DNA of 64,000 nt, taken from assembly GCA_051313645.2 (NCBI GenBank), contig JBNRSN020000005.1, forward strand, positions 141,236,001 through 141,300,000, read 5' to 3'. How positions within the stretch are numbered: position 1 is the stretch's first letter; each line of letters starts with the position of its first letter. The DNA is from Centroscyllium fabricii (Eukaryota). A model generated the notes under the pieces. That model had not been told where the DNA came from and made no database searches. It saw nothing but the letters and a program-made list of their open reading frames with translations. The translations under genes and the position numbers were made by a program. Below are positions 44,365 through 57,550 of this stretch, piece after piece.

Positions 44365-47300
44365 GTAGGCCGCCCGGGAGAGGCGGCACTGTATATAATG
44401 AAAAAAAATAAGTTTGGTAGTGTCAAGGGAGTAGCCCGAATTAAGTTTCAATTTTTGTTAAAGGTAAAGGGGAGTGTTTAGGTAATATGGGATCTGTCCA
44501 GGAGGCGTGCACATCTCACCACAGCCAGGCGCTCTTGGGAGGCCGGCAACCCCTTTGTTTGATTACAGAACCCAGAGAGGCGGGGATTCTGATGACGTGT
44601 GCGGGCATCAAAGATGGACTGGCCTGCCGGGGCCACACCGGGGAGTAAGGACGGCTGGGAACGGACCCAATGGAGCATCCCAGCACGTCGGAAATCTGCT
44701 TGTGGAGAGACTTGGTTTTATGTGCCCCGGATCAAGACCATCGCACCCAGGACCGGCGCTATCATCGGTAAAAGGACTTACTTCCGTTGAGGGATAGGAA
44801 GATCACAGCGAGCCGATGGTGGTGGCTGCAGAAGACCGCCAGAACACTGTACAAACTTTGGGGACAAATGGGGGGATTCATGAGGGGAGAAATGTGTGTG
44901 TTTATATGTTCCGGATGGTTGTGTGATGTCTTTCAAGTTAATAAATGATACGAACAGGTGGAGACGAAGGCATCGGCCTGGCAGACGTGGAAGGAACCAG
45001 GAGGTGTAAGACATGGTGGTGTAAATATACGATTGCCCAGGGTAAAGGCAATGCGAGGTTGATCAAAGGGAATGGGAACCGCATGTGTCATGGGGCAAGA
45101 GTTAATTTAGGTAACCAGGAGAGTTGAGGTGTGGAGAATCGGGAATCTTGCTCAACCTTTCTTAATTGATTCGCTAAGCAGGGTTATGCTAATCAACAGG
45201 AGGGACTGTAAGGTCGCAATATTCCCTGTTAAATCGGATTCACAAAGACCAGAAACGAAGGATGGAGTATACACATTTTCTTTTATTTGGACAATGACAG
45301 ACAAGACAGGCTGCGGCCTGATCAGAGAAAAGGGGCCTCCAAGATGGCCGCCGGACCACATGGCATAGTGCAAAACCGAAACTAAAACTCAACTCAAAAA
45401 GCCCGCGAAGAAACCAGACATAAAGGCGCTGTTAAACCTGTAAATAAATAGCCTGCCTTTTAGAAACCGATTAGCCCGACAAAGAAATGCACCCAGTTTA
45501 AATAAACACCCAAAACAACTGCAAATACGAAGCAGCTGGCCCGTTTAACCAGCTACAGAAATTGTATACCCTTCCAGCAGAAAGCGATTAGCACCCTTGA
45601 AAACAATGGGACTCTAACCGGAGAAGTTAGAGCCACCATCAAAACTATTACCGGCAGGCTTGGCTGGACAAAAGGAGTGCAGTAACCGCTTTCCACACAC
45701 AATACAGGCTCTAATGGGAAAGACATTAGACATTTCGACTTTGGGGTATAACTAGCAGGACATTGCACAGTTCGATCTCTTGGCTCTTGAAAAGCGGTTG
45801 GAAACTCTTCTCTCTTGGAACTCTTAGCGCTGAGCTCTTAGCTCTTCTCATCGGTGAGCTCTTGGAGAAGGCTCTTGGATTTCTCTCTCTTGACTCGTGG
45901 AGGCGACCTCTTGAAGCGGTGAGGTCTAGCAGTGACTTTGGGTGGGCTGTCTTTCTCGAAGACTCCAGTTCAGCTTTCTGGGTGCAGGGCAAGCAGGGTG
46001 AAGGCTCTGGCAGGACAGCAGAGTTGGGTCAGGGCAGTATCGCATCGGAAAACCATTGCCGGTGAGGTAGTTAGTTGCTGAGGCCCATTAGCGAAGCAAG
46101 GCATTCAAAGTGAGTGAGTTAGAAAAGGCTGGTTGCAGTTGACTAAGAATAAACTAGCATTCGAAGAGTGGGAGAGCAATTAGGCTAGCAGCCCGTTACA
46201 GTTCGGCTTGAGAGGGCAGGATCGGCATACCCCAGGGTCCGGTTCAGCCAGGGAGACGGTGTGGTTGGTGCGAGGAGATAGAGCAGCCTCGAGGAATCCG
46301 TCCGGGACCAGCCCGAGCAGGAGCGACCGCCGCCCAAAGGGAGAAAACAACGAGTGGACTCCCGAATCTTCCACAGCCACGTGACGACCGACGCTGCAGC
46401 CGAAGAAGCGAGGAACTTCGTAGCAGATCCCGAGTATTACCGAGTGGTGAGCATGTGCCTCGATCCTACACACCTGGACATAGCTAGGCAATAGAGGGAA
46501 GGGTGGTTTATAGGGGGTGTATTTATAGAGTCGTTGCCCCGATTTACGTTGTGCCGTGCGTTCCCCATCCCATAAGTTATCTGTGTATGTACCTATATAT
46601 ATCTGTTTGGGAAACAGTTGTGGATGTATCATACTGTGTCACTCTGATGAAATACAACCTAACTGCTGTAAATATATCTCTTGGTGTAATAAACCTTTAT
46701 CCTGACTGCTGTAAATATATCTCTTGGTGTAATGAAAACCTTCCAACTTTACAAACTTTTGTTCGAGTATAAAATATCTGAGTCCAATCGGTATCCATCT
46801 CTCTCTCTCTCTCTTCCTGCACCTAAGTCCAGCGTCTAGAACCGTAAAGAGTGAGCGATTCGAACCGCTCGCGGGGGAGGAGGTTATTGCGCGAGGCCTA
46901 GCGGACTGCTAGCGCAAGGCAGTAACGGACCCCAAGTCGTACAGTAAAATATACGGCGCACGCTCCTTACAGCTAAGACTCACTAACGGGGGCGGGGATA
47001 TGTTGTGGTCGGAGAGAGTATTTCTCTTCTCTCTGGGACATTATTTCCGCACTGGGTGTAGTCTTTTAGTACGATCTAAAACAAATTGTAAATTAATAAA
47101 ACTTAAATAAACATTTTATTTTCCGTGTTGATGATGCACTCCAGTCGCCGCGGCGCCCGCCCTGGGTGTAAAGACAGCGAGGTCACCCTCACATGAACAC
47201 CAGTCTCCATTCCGGCTCTCCTCACATTTATTTAAATACCGGTATCTGCAATAGTGTAAAACGGGAGATAGCGTGTCGGCACCATTGAAGTCAATGCGAA

Positions 47301-47512
47301 TATTCATCGGGAGAGACTAAAACCGGCTGCCGATTCCCTCCCGTTTCACACGAGCGCACAAAGTGAAGACCATTCCCCATCTGACAGAGCCGAGGAAGAG
47401 TGGATTTAAAGCCCGATTGTAAACCAGCACCGGGAATGTCTGCCACTATAAAAGAGAGGTTATTACTTCTTGTGACAAACAAGCTTTCTCTCAAAGTCCG
47501 TTACATTGAAAG

Positions 47513-48149
<637 letters not shown>

Positions 48150-48177
48150 ACCCGGCTTCAGCACCAAATACAACAAC

Positions 48178-48193
48178 GGCTCTTTTCAGAGCC
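48178..48193 (+). terminator. Histone 3' stem-loop (H3)
   Basis: GGCTCTTTTCAGAGCC-ACC; HDE GGAAAGAG downstream. Confidence 0.95.
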
Positions 48194-48534
48194 ACCAAAT
48201 CGCCAAAGGAAAGAGCCGCGATCTCCGGAACCAGTAACTTGCGGGTGAGAAGCCGTGTTTTATGTGATGCCACAGGTTTACTGAAAGGGTGCAGGATAAC
48301 TGATCTAGAATTCATAAACTGCTCAGCACTCATTTTCCCCTCTGATGTGCCTGACAATAAACATTCCAGATTTGTGTAGTTGGGTCAACGGAAAGAAGCC
48401 AGCATCTAAACCCAGGAAAGACTAGACTCGAAAGAAGCCCTTATATTACTAAATTAATTAATCAGCTCCAAAGCTGCTCAGATAACTTAGACCCCTTGAA
48501 ACGGTAACCACCCCTTTTCACGGATTGTGTGGGT

Positions 48535-48550
48535 GGCTCTGAAAAGAGCC
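48535..48550 (-). terminator. Histone 3' stem-loop (H2A)
   Basis: Reverse strand GGCTCTTTTCAGAGCC-ACCCA; GAAAAGGGG downstream. Confidence 0.95.
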
Positions 48551-48580
48551 GTTGGGTTATTAGATTCAATGTTGATCGCT

Positions 48581-49215
<635 letters not shown>

Positions 49216-49282
49216 GTATTTGTTACACCAACAACGCGGCTTCAGTAAATAATACGGTCTTGAGAGAAAAAATGACAAATTC

Positions 49283-49684
49283 TCAATTCCGCATTTCCTG
49301 TCACAAATTTCACACGCGATTTTACAATTCGGTCTCAATTCCGGTTTATTCTGTTCGCTTTGAAATTCTCTAACGAGTGGGACGAAAGACCCAAGCACAG
49401 TATTCCAGCTCAATCTTTCTAAAACAAACATCAGATTGTGGATTGATTTCGATTCACAGAAGCTACAGCAGGAGCTAAACCGGAGCCGAGACTCCTGGTG
49501 AAATTCGTCGAACGGTGACATGATGGGTTGCTGCAGTATCTGGGGTTTATGCTGAATGAACTGCTTTCCCGAGAATAAATACATTGAATAAGAGTGAAAG
49601 TAGTGTCTGAAAACTGAGCTATTCCCCTTAAATCGGCTCTGACTGACCATATTGTGGGAAATATGAACGGGGTTGAGAACAGCT
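49283..49684 (-). repeat. Inverted, diverged copy of the 31962-32372 element
   Basis: Reverse complement aligns block by block with the H2B-H1 spacer. Confidence 0.85.
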
Positions 49685-49686
49685 TA

Positions 49687-50058
49687 CACAGAAACACAGA
49701 AGATAGGAGCAGGAGTCGGTCATTCGGCTCTTCGAGCCTGCTCCGCCATTTTTGATGAGATCATGGCTGATCATTTAAACCCAGCACCCCCCTCCCACCC
49801 TCTCCCCATATCCCCCGACACCCCCAACTCCAAGAACTATATCTGACACACATACTCATGGGCAATTTTTAGTATCTCCAATTCACCTGACCTGCGTGTC
49901 TTTGGATGGTGGGAGGAAACCGGAGTACCCGGAGGAAACCCACACAAACATGGTGAGATCATGCAAACTCCACGCAGAGAGGTCCCGGGCCAAGCAGGAT
50001 TCGAACCCAAGAGCTCCTTATTGCGAGGCAGCAGTGCTAACCACTGCGCCACCGTGTC
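49687..50058 (-). mobile_element. tRNA-derived V-SINE (HE1-like) with CR1-type tail
   Basis: A box TGGCGCAGTGG, B box GGTTCGAATCC, V-domain GGAGTTTGCATG...GGGTTTCCTCCGGGTACTCCGGTTTCCTCCCAC, tail matching CR1 3' ends. Confidence 0.9.
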
Positions 50059-50350
50059 GTTACAAAGGGTCAGATAATCACCCGACCAAATTAAAACAGA
50101 AATCAGACATTTAGTATTAAAAAGTCACGACAATAAAACAATTAGACTCTTACTGATACTGTGTTATTGAGATTGAATCGGTAACGCAGCGTAACGGTGC
50201 GAGGTGGCTAAAGTTGGAAGTATCTGTCTCACTCGGGAAGTCTTGGGGGAGAAAAAGGGAGATACCGCTGACAAGAAATAGCCATGGGGAATGTTATCCA
50301 GATTAAATCAGTAACGTAGAGCAACATTGTGAAAGTCGGTATAAGTTGCA

Positions 50351-50632
50351 AGTATCCACCTCACTCGGGACGAGTCTTGTCTCCTCGTGGGACAGCTCCT
50401 GGACCTGGCCAAAGTGGCCATCAACAGGTCCAGGCAGAGGGCAGCCGAGGGGGCCGTCCAGCCCGATTGCCTGTCTCCTTTTCGCAGCCATGTTCGCGCC
50501 CGGGTGGCCCTGGAGATGGAGCACGCGGGGTCCGCCGGCACGCTCGAGGCCTTCTGAGCCAGGCTGGAGTGCATCATCTCCTCGGCCCATGAAATTTTAA
50601 TTTAAGTTGTTAAGCTTTGTTTATCGTTTCTT
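50351..50632 (+). mobile_element. Tx1-like LINE 3' end
   Basis: LLLDLAKVAINRSRQRA...RARVALEMEHA motif; flanked by 9-bp direct repeat TAAGTTGCA. Confidence 0.65.
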
Positions 50633-50710
50633 TAAGTTGCAGCTAAGTGGTATACCAAAAGAGAGGGAGGAGTGTTGCGAAAAGAGAGATACCTCTGACA
50701 ACAAATAGCC

Positions 50711-51443
50711 ATGGGCTGGAATGAGAGCGAATGCCAGTGGTTGACCTACTGGAAGAGGGGTGATACCACACTAGCGCCAGCTCCACCCGAAAAACCTGAA
50801 CACGAGCAGACACCCTGCAGGGGTGGAGCAGGAGAAAATGATTGGTGGAAGGCCTGCAAGCCAAACACAACAACTATCCCAGCGCCGACAGCGCCATCTA
50901 CAACAAAACCAACGACATTACAAACCACAGCCACCACAATGCCAAAACCATTGGAATGTCCAGAGGCACCTCCAGCACCAAAAGGAGGACTGCTTTAGTG
51001 GACAATAGCAGAATATTATATGATAACGTGCACCATGAGCTTGTACCAGTGTTATTGAATTTGTCAATATATCCCCCAGCATGGTGTAGCCCACAAGCCA
51101 AGCGGTTGCATAAAAACAGGCATCAAGAATGCGGAGAAGGAGGGTTAGAAGGGAAAGAAGTGTACTAGGAGATACGGGAGCAGTATTTAACACAGGGACA
51201 TCACCAGTTAATGCCTTAGACATCAAGGCAGTGGATAGGGGACTCGAAAGTCTGAGTGAAAAATTGAAACAGGTATTGAAGCAGTCATACACTGAGGCTG
51301 AACAAGAGAGTCAGCTAGGAACCCACACTGTGGAAACCCTATTGGGAATTACCCATATCCTAGAAACCCACGCAAAACCCACCAACCGTCTAATCAATGC
51401 CTTTGAGTATAATGAAGGGCAAACTAAGGCGGAAATGTTGTAT
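50711..51443 (+). pseudogene. Env-like viral glycoprotein relic with two frameshifts, truncated by an LTR insertion
   Basis: Cys/Trp-rich start, Thr/Pro mucin-like stretch, N-glycosylation sequons (NES, NTT, NLS), polybasic RRRRVRRER site, small-residue segment, then a heptad-like helix. Confidence 0.6.
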
Positions 51444-51656
51444 TGTGGTGTTGCCACATTGGGGAAGCACTGTGTGTACGTAGATAAACCTGTATAATCC
51501 CCTTTTTACCGCTGTATTCCCCTCCCCCCGCAAGCTGAGAGGAATAAGGCATGTTCAGACTTTCCTGCTTTGAGAGAAGGAAAACCAATCAGGTTCCAGC
51601 AGGTGACCAACCCGTGAATCATCACAGGTTCACAGGATTTATGAATTCAGTACTGT

Positions 51657-51935
51657 TGTGGCGACACGCCCACCAGGACCATCAAATCCACCTCGGGAGT
51701 ACTGTGAGACGGCCCCGCCCGCCGGGCGGCGTGATGACGTCACCGCGACTTCCAGCGTGATGACGTCGCCAGGTGGCCACCCGGCAGTGACGTCACCAAC
51801 CGCGGGTCCTTTAAATACCTTGGTTCCAGGTGGCTCAGTCTCTTTGCTACCTGGCCATAGTTGTGTTAACATTAAATGATTGTTTTCCGAATCCTCTGTG
51901 TCCAGCGTGGTTCTTCAGGCCTGCATGCCTCTACA
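51657..51935 (+). mobile_element. Solo LTR (279 bp) nested inside another LTR
   Basis: TG...CA, 4-bp TSD CTGT, empty site in the 4.86-kb homologue; TTTAAATA and ATTAAA. Confidence 0.88.
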
Positions 51936-52063
51936 CTGTATTGTAAGAGTTGGAGTAAAGACCTATTTCTTGTAGCTCGCTGTGTTGACTATTTCTTTAC
52001 GCAGGAGACCGTAGCCTCCCACATTGGTGACCCTGAATGTCGGCAGCTGAAGCCGAAGAAATA

Positions 52064-52599
52064 GGCTCTAACTGACCATATTGTGGGAAATATGAACGGG
52101 GTTGAGAACAGCTTACACAGAAACACAGAAGATAGGAGCAGGAGTAGGCCATTCGGCCCTTCGAGCCTGCTCTGCCATTTTTGATGAGATCATGGCTGAT
52201 CATTCAAACACATCACCCCCCCCCCTACCCTCTCCCCATATCCCCAACACCCCCAACTCTAAGAACTATATCTCACACACATACTCATTGGCAATTTTTA
52301 GTATCTCCAATTCACCTAACCTGCATGTATTTGGGTGGTGGGAGGAAACCGGAGTACCCGGAGGAAACCCACACAAACATGGGGAGAACATGCAAACTCC
52401 ACACAGAGAGGTCCCGGGCCAAGCAGGATTCGAACCCAAGAGCTCCTTATTGCGAGGCAGCAGTGCTAACCACTGCGCCACCGTGTCGTTACAAAGGGTC
52501 AGATAATCAACCGACCAGATTAAAACCGAAATCAGGCATTTAGTATTAAAAAGTCACTACAATAAAACAATTAGACTCTTACTGATACTATGTTATTGA
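52064..52599 (+). repeat. Local duplicate of 49635-50170, including a second V-SINE (52115-52487, minus strand)
   Basis: Collinear similarity extends beyond both SINE ends. Confidence 0.9.
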
Positions 52600-54226
52600 T
52601 GTTTTCTTTACGCAGGAGACCGTAGCCTCCCACATTGGTGACCCCGAATGTCGGCGGCTGAAGCCCCCGACTCACGCAGCCCTACAGAGGCCAGCAACGA
52701 CCTGATGGCAACCAGCAGCAGCCCGATGTCGGCCGGCGCCATGTCCTGGAAGCTCTCCACATTCTGGGAAGACCAAGCACCAGCTTGGTTCGTGCACACG
52801 GAGGCCCAATTAACCCATCGCAGGGCTCAAGACGATGAAGAAAGGTACCTCCACGTAGTCTCAGCACTAGCAAGTTCCACCGGTGCTAAATTTATCAACC
52901 TGCTGGGGAATCCACCACAGACCGGCAAGTACTCAACCATTAAGGGCTGCTTGCTGCAGGCTTACCGCCTGTCCAGGGTGGAGAGGGCCCACAGTCGTCC
53001 CTCGCTACCAGGCCTCGGCGACGTCACCTCGACCCAGTTGATGAGCCGGATGCTTGCGCTGAGCAAACCAAATTTGCAGTACCATAGCGTGGAGGAAGAA
53101 CTCATGGAATATATACAGGATAGATTTCTAGATCAGTATGTTGAGGAACCAACTAGGAAACAGGCTATTTTAGGTCTAGCATTGTGCAATGAGAAAGGGT
53201 TCATTAATAACCTTGTAGTAAAGGGGTCTTTAGGAAAGAGTGACCATAATATGATAGAATTTTATATTGAGTTTGATTGAGTTTGAAAGTGATTGAGTTA
53301 AATTCAAAATTAAGGTCTTACATCTAAACAAAGCAAACTATGTAGGCATGAAGGTCGAGCTGGATAAGGCAGATTGGGAAAGTACATTAAAAGGTATGAC
53401 GGTAGTGAAGCAATGGCTAGCATTTAAAGAATTGAAACATAATTTACAACAAATATACATTCCTTTAAGGCACAAAAAACCTACAGGAAAAGTGGTCCAA
53501 CCGTGGCTAATGATAGTATTAGATCAAAGGAAGAGGCTTATAATGTTGTCAAAAAGAGCCGTAAGCGTGAGGATTGGGAGGATTTTAGAATTCAGCAAAG
53601 GAGGACCAAGAGATTGACAAGGAAAGAGAAAAAGGAATATGAGACTAAATTAGCAAGAGACATAAAAACAGATTGTAAACATTTCTATCGGTATTTAAAT
53701 AGGAAGAGATTAGTGAAAGTAAATGTGGGTCCATTAGAGGCAGAGACAGGAGAAATTATAATGAGCAATAAGGAAATGGCAGAGTCATTACACAAGTGCT
53801 TTGTACCTGTCTTCACAGTATAGGACACAAAAAACATTCCCGGAATAATGGGGAACCAAGAGTCTAGAGAGAATGAGGAACTTAAAGAAATTACTATAAA
53901 TAAAGACTATGGGGCAAAAATTGGGTCGCGCACATTTTCGGCCGGTAAAGTGGGCACAGCGCTAAAATTAGCGTCGGGCGCAAAGCTGCGCCCGGTTCCG
54001 CAATATTTGGCTTTTGTGCCCGGTAGGAGATTGCAGCGCTAAATCAGTCATTGCTCGGCACTCTTAGGGCGCAAACGGTGAAAACCCACGCGCTAGTGGC
54101 GAGCGCGGGTGCAGCATGGGCACAGCGCAGGCGCAGTGCTTCATCTGTCAGTCAGTGGCTGGCCAGACATGCTGGCGCCAGCCATCTCTTACAGTGGTAG
54201 GGTCTTCCTCTGATTCCAGGCACACC

Positions 54227-56000
54227 ATGCTCATTTCCTGCCGGACTGCTGCTGTGGTCCCAGGGAGGGAGCTGAAAGATTTCGCGACAGGGCCTCGAAG
54301 GCCCTGCTCACTGCAGTGGAGGCACTCAGAGCCATTTTGTTTTCCCAAAGTGGCAGGAAACCTGTGCCACAGGCGTGTAGGCGACTGTGGAGGGAGGTGG
54401 CTCGCCATGTCAGTAGTCACAGCATGGTGCCCAGGATCATGTTTCAGTGCAGAAAATAATTCAACGACCTCACTAGGGGTGTTAGGGGGAGTGTCTTTTT
54501 GTATATCTCTCCATCTTTCCATCTCAACCAAACTGTATGGCCAGCGGGTTCTAAACCTCAAATGCAGAACACTCAGCCAGAACTTAATGCCCCTCAGGGT
54601 CTTTGCACAGCCTTATGTTTCAGGGCTTTGCATAGCATTTTGCTGAAAGACAGTTTACATGCAGTAAGAGCTATTCAGCCTGATGCTCCAGGGTTTTGCA
54701 TGGGGTTTTGCTGAAAGACAGTTTGCATGCAGTAAGGGCTATTCAGCCATGGCTGGCAATTCAGATGAAATAGTTGCTGTCTTGTAACTCAGATTCTGTC
54801 TTTTCCGTTGCAGGCAAAACTGGCACACAATCATCGTGAGCAGGACCGCATGGGTGGCGGTCCACCTGATCTGGTGGAGCGAAGTCCCCTGAAGGTGCAC
54901 GTGCAGCGTATTATGGGCAACTGCCTCGGTGCTCCTGTCGCCACAGGAGATGCCGACCCTGTCCTGGGTAGCAGTGGTGAGTTCCTGACCTTCCTCTCCT
55001 CTCTCCTTCCTCTTGGTCCTCACAACAGCAGCCTTTGGCACTTTCCATCCAAAGAAGTCGGTGCCTGCACTCATTGCTCCTTGCTGCCACCTTGTCCTCA
55101 CGCTACCACCTTGTCCTCACGCTAAACCCACTCTGGTACCTCTGTCGTTTCAGATGGTGAATCATCAGCTGAAGAGGCGGCCCCTCAACCTTCGCAGGAG
55201 ACGGATTCAGAAGGGCAGGAGGAGGAAGAGGAAGAAGCAGCAAGATGCCCACTTTCTACCGATGAAGGCCATGGATACAGGGGGAGCCTGCCTTCCATGC
55301 AGGGGAGTGAGGAGTGGTGGTGGCATGCCGAGGGTGCTCCAGGCCCCAGCAGGGTGCAGCAATAGAAGGGGGGAGGGCAGATCCAAAGCGTGTTGCCCGG
55401 AGGAAGAGTGGGTCATCGACCCCTGATGGCCTGATCGCAGAGGACGAGTGGGTCCTCTCACAAATGAGAGCTGAGGCGGGGCAGCAGCACAATGAGCTCA
55501 TGCAAGTGGTGGGGTGGTTGCCTGAAGCCATGCAGGACATGGCGCAAGCCACGCAGATGTTCACTGCTGCAGTGCAGTCAGTGGGTGCTGCGGTGCAGCC
55601 GCTATTTGACGCCATGCGTCAGCTGACTGGTGACGTCCTGTCTTCGGGCACCATTTCCCTGGGCTCTGACCGCACCACAGCAAGCCAGCAATCTGTGCTC
55701 CAGCAGATTGCTGGGGAAGATGAGGTGCAGGCCCCTGGGCGTGACACTGCATTGGTGGAATAGGGAGGTGCTAGCCTCTCTCACCAGGGCAGCATTGCTG
55801 CTGCCAGCAGTGCCACTTGTCCACTGCTGCTGGGCCCGCCCCTGCACCAGACTGCTGCCACCCATGCAGAGGTCGAGCAGTCTGAAGCTGGGCCTTCCAA
55901 GCCCAGAGCTGGTCAAGGCCGGCCTTCGAAGGCTGTGGCAGTGTCAAGTTCGGACACTCCGCAGCCTTCCACCAGCATTGCTGCACCCACTGGGGTGACA
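54227..56000 (+). pseudogene. Harbinger Myb/SANT-like accessory gene, spliced, disrupted
   Basis: RFRDRASKALL...LWREVARHV...QCRK*FNDL at ~54277-54477; acceptor ttgcag then AKLAHNHREQDRMGGGPP at 54814. Confidence 0.7.
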
Positions 56001-56409
56001 TTAAGGAGGAGTATTAGGGTGGGGAGGGGGGAACGGTGGAAGGGCAGGAGCTCACCGGAGGCTTAGAAGTAGCTGCTTGACGTCACAAAGACCAGTGACG
56101 TGTTTTGAAAGGTCGAGGTTCGTGGCCAGTTATACTTAGCATTCTTTTGGGGGTGTTGTTGTTGGGGCGGTTTGCCAGTTATGTTCATAATTCGTTTGGG
56201 GTATTGTTGTTGGCTTTGACAGCCAGTTATGTTTACCATTCTTTTGGGGGGGTTGTTGTTGGGGTGGATTTTGTACAATAAACAGTTCTTTTAATGAAAA
56301 TGTTCATGGTTCCCGTTTGCCATCATTGATACCTTGAGTGGCTTAACGGTAAGGGGTTAGTCTCAGTCAGGTCTTTCTTAAGGGCAGACCTCTTTTCATC
56401 AGCAGGGGC

Positions 56410-57550
56410 CTAGAAGCGGCTGTCTATGAGCCTCCGACGCACAGCCCTTCCACTTTCCACATGCCTCCTGCGTTGGCGCTGCTGTTGATGCTCCTCATCT
56501 TCCTGCTCCTCCAACTCCTCCTCCTCCTCCTCTGGTGCTGCAACAATGTCTGGCAGTAGTAGCTGGATCCTCAGGATTGCCAAGATATGCAGCATGCAGC
56601 GGACAACGACGAAGCAGGACACTTCGTCAGGCGCGTACTGGAGGGCTCCTCCAGAATGGTCCAGAGAGCGGAACCATTGTTTGAGCACGCCAATTGTCTG
56701 CTCAATGAGGTTCCTAGTCGCCTGATGGCTCTCATTGTATCGAAGCTCAAAAGGGGTTTGGGGCGCACGGAGCGGGGTCATCTGCCAGGTGGTCAGAGCA
56801 TATCCCTTGGCCCCGAGAAGCCATCCAGCTGGGTGATTCGGTGCCTGAAAGAAGTCTGCCACAGTAGTCTGGCACAGTATGAAGGCATCGTGGGTGCTGC
56901 CTGGATAGTACGCATTCACAGCGAGGATCAGCTGTCGGTGGTCACACACCAGCTGTACGTTTAGGGAATGGAAACCCTTTCTGTCGCGGTATTGCTCAGC
57001 ATTGTGATACGGCGGCCGCAAAGCCACATGCATGCAGTCAATGGTGCCCTGCACCATGGGGAATCCCTGCACATTGGCAAACCCCTCATGGCATTCCTGC
57101 TGCTTGTTCGGGGCCATGGGGAATGATATATACTGTTGCCTCCTTCTGTATAGGATTTCTGTGACCTGATGGATGGAGCAATTGCGAGATGTTAGCTAAG
57201 TCCCCAGTACCTGCCTGAAATGAGCCAGTGGCATAAAAGTTGAGAGCCACAGTAACCTTCATTGCCACCGACAGAGAAGTCCAGGTCCTCTGTTGAGGCT
57301 GCAGGTCTGGCTGAAGCAGCTGGCAGAGCTCCGTGACCACCTCCTTCCTGAAGCACAGTCTGCACAGACACTGCTCCTCAGACATAATCATGTATGAGTA
57401 TTGCTGTCCAAAAACCCTGCCATGGTAAGGTCTCCGGTGCACACGTCTGTCTGCCCTCCCGCGCCTGGCCATGACTGGTGCTCACTGTCGGCGTCTCTGT
57501 AGGCGTCTCTGTGCCCTGCCAATGTAATGCAGCAGGACACCACCCCCATC
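56410..57550 (-). pseudogene. HARBI1-like DDE transposase, frameshifted, catalytic Asp lost
   Basis: GTIDCMHV, RKGFHSLNVQLVCD, PGSTHDAFI, LLGAKGY (normally LLGD), IEQTIGVLK; N-terminal part in ORF 57086-57472. Confidence 0.88.

Larger units (their letters stand above)
36065..46971 (+). mobile_element. Intact retrovirus-like LTR element (lokiretrovirus-like), 10.9 kb
   Basis: LTRs 36065-37828 and 45207-46971 with TGTAAGG...CCTTACA ends; 4-bp TSD GCTA; about 8 LTR differences seen; PBS; PPT AGGAGGGA. Confidence 0.95.
51444..53063 (+). mobile_element. Truncated CsRn1-like Gypsy (LTR 51444-52023, Trp PBS, gag fragment 52648-53063), interrupted twice
   Basis: Homologous to 4200-5083(-); TGGTGACCCCGA PBS; KLSTFWEDQAPAWFVHTEAQ. 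Confidence 0.82.

Noticed and set aside
49990-50058. Possible tRNA gene (A and B boxes), also at 52420-52487
   Set aside because: It is the head of a V-SINE, continuing into the V-domain and CR1 tail, with no full cloverleaf or terminator.
52648-53280. 210-aa gag/CR1 endonuclease chimeric ORF
   Set aside because: Accidental junction of two truncated elements.
56410-57117. Possible domesticated HARBI1 gene
   Set aside because: It lies within TIRs, is frameshifted and has lost a catalytic Asp; it is a dead transposon copy.
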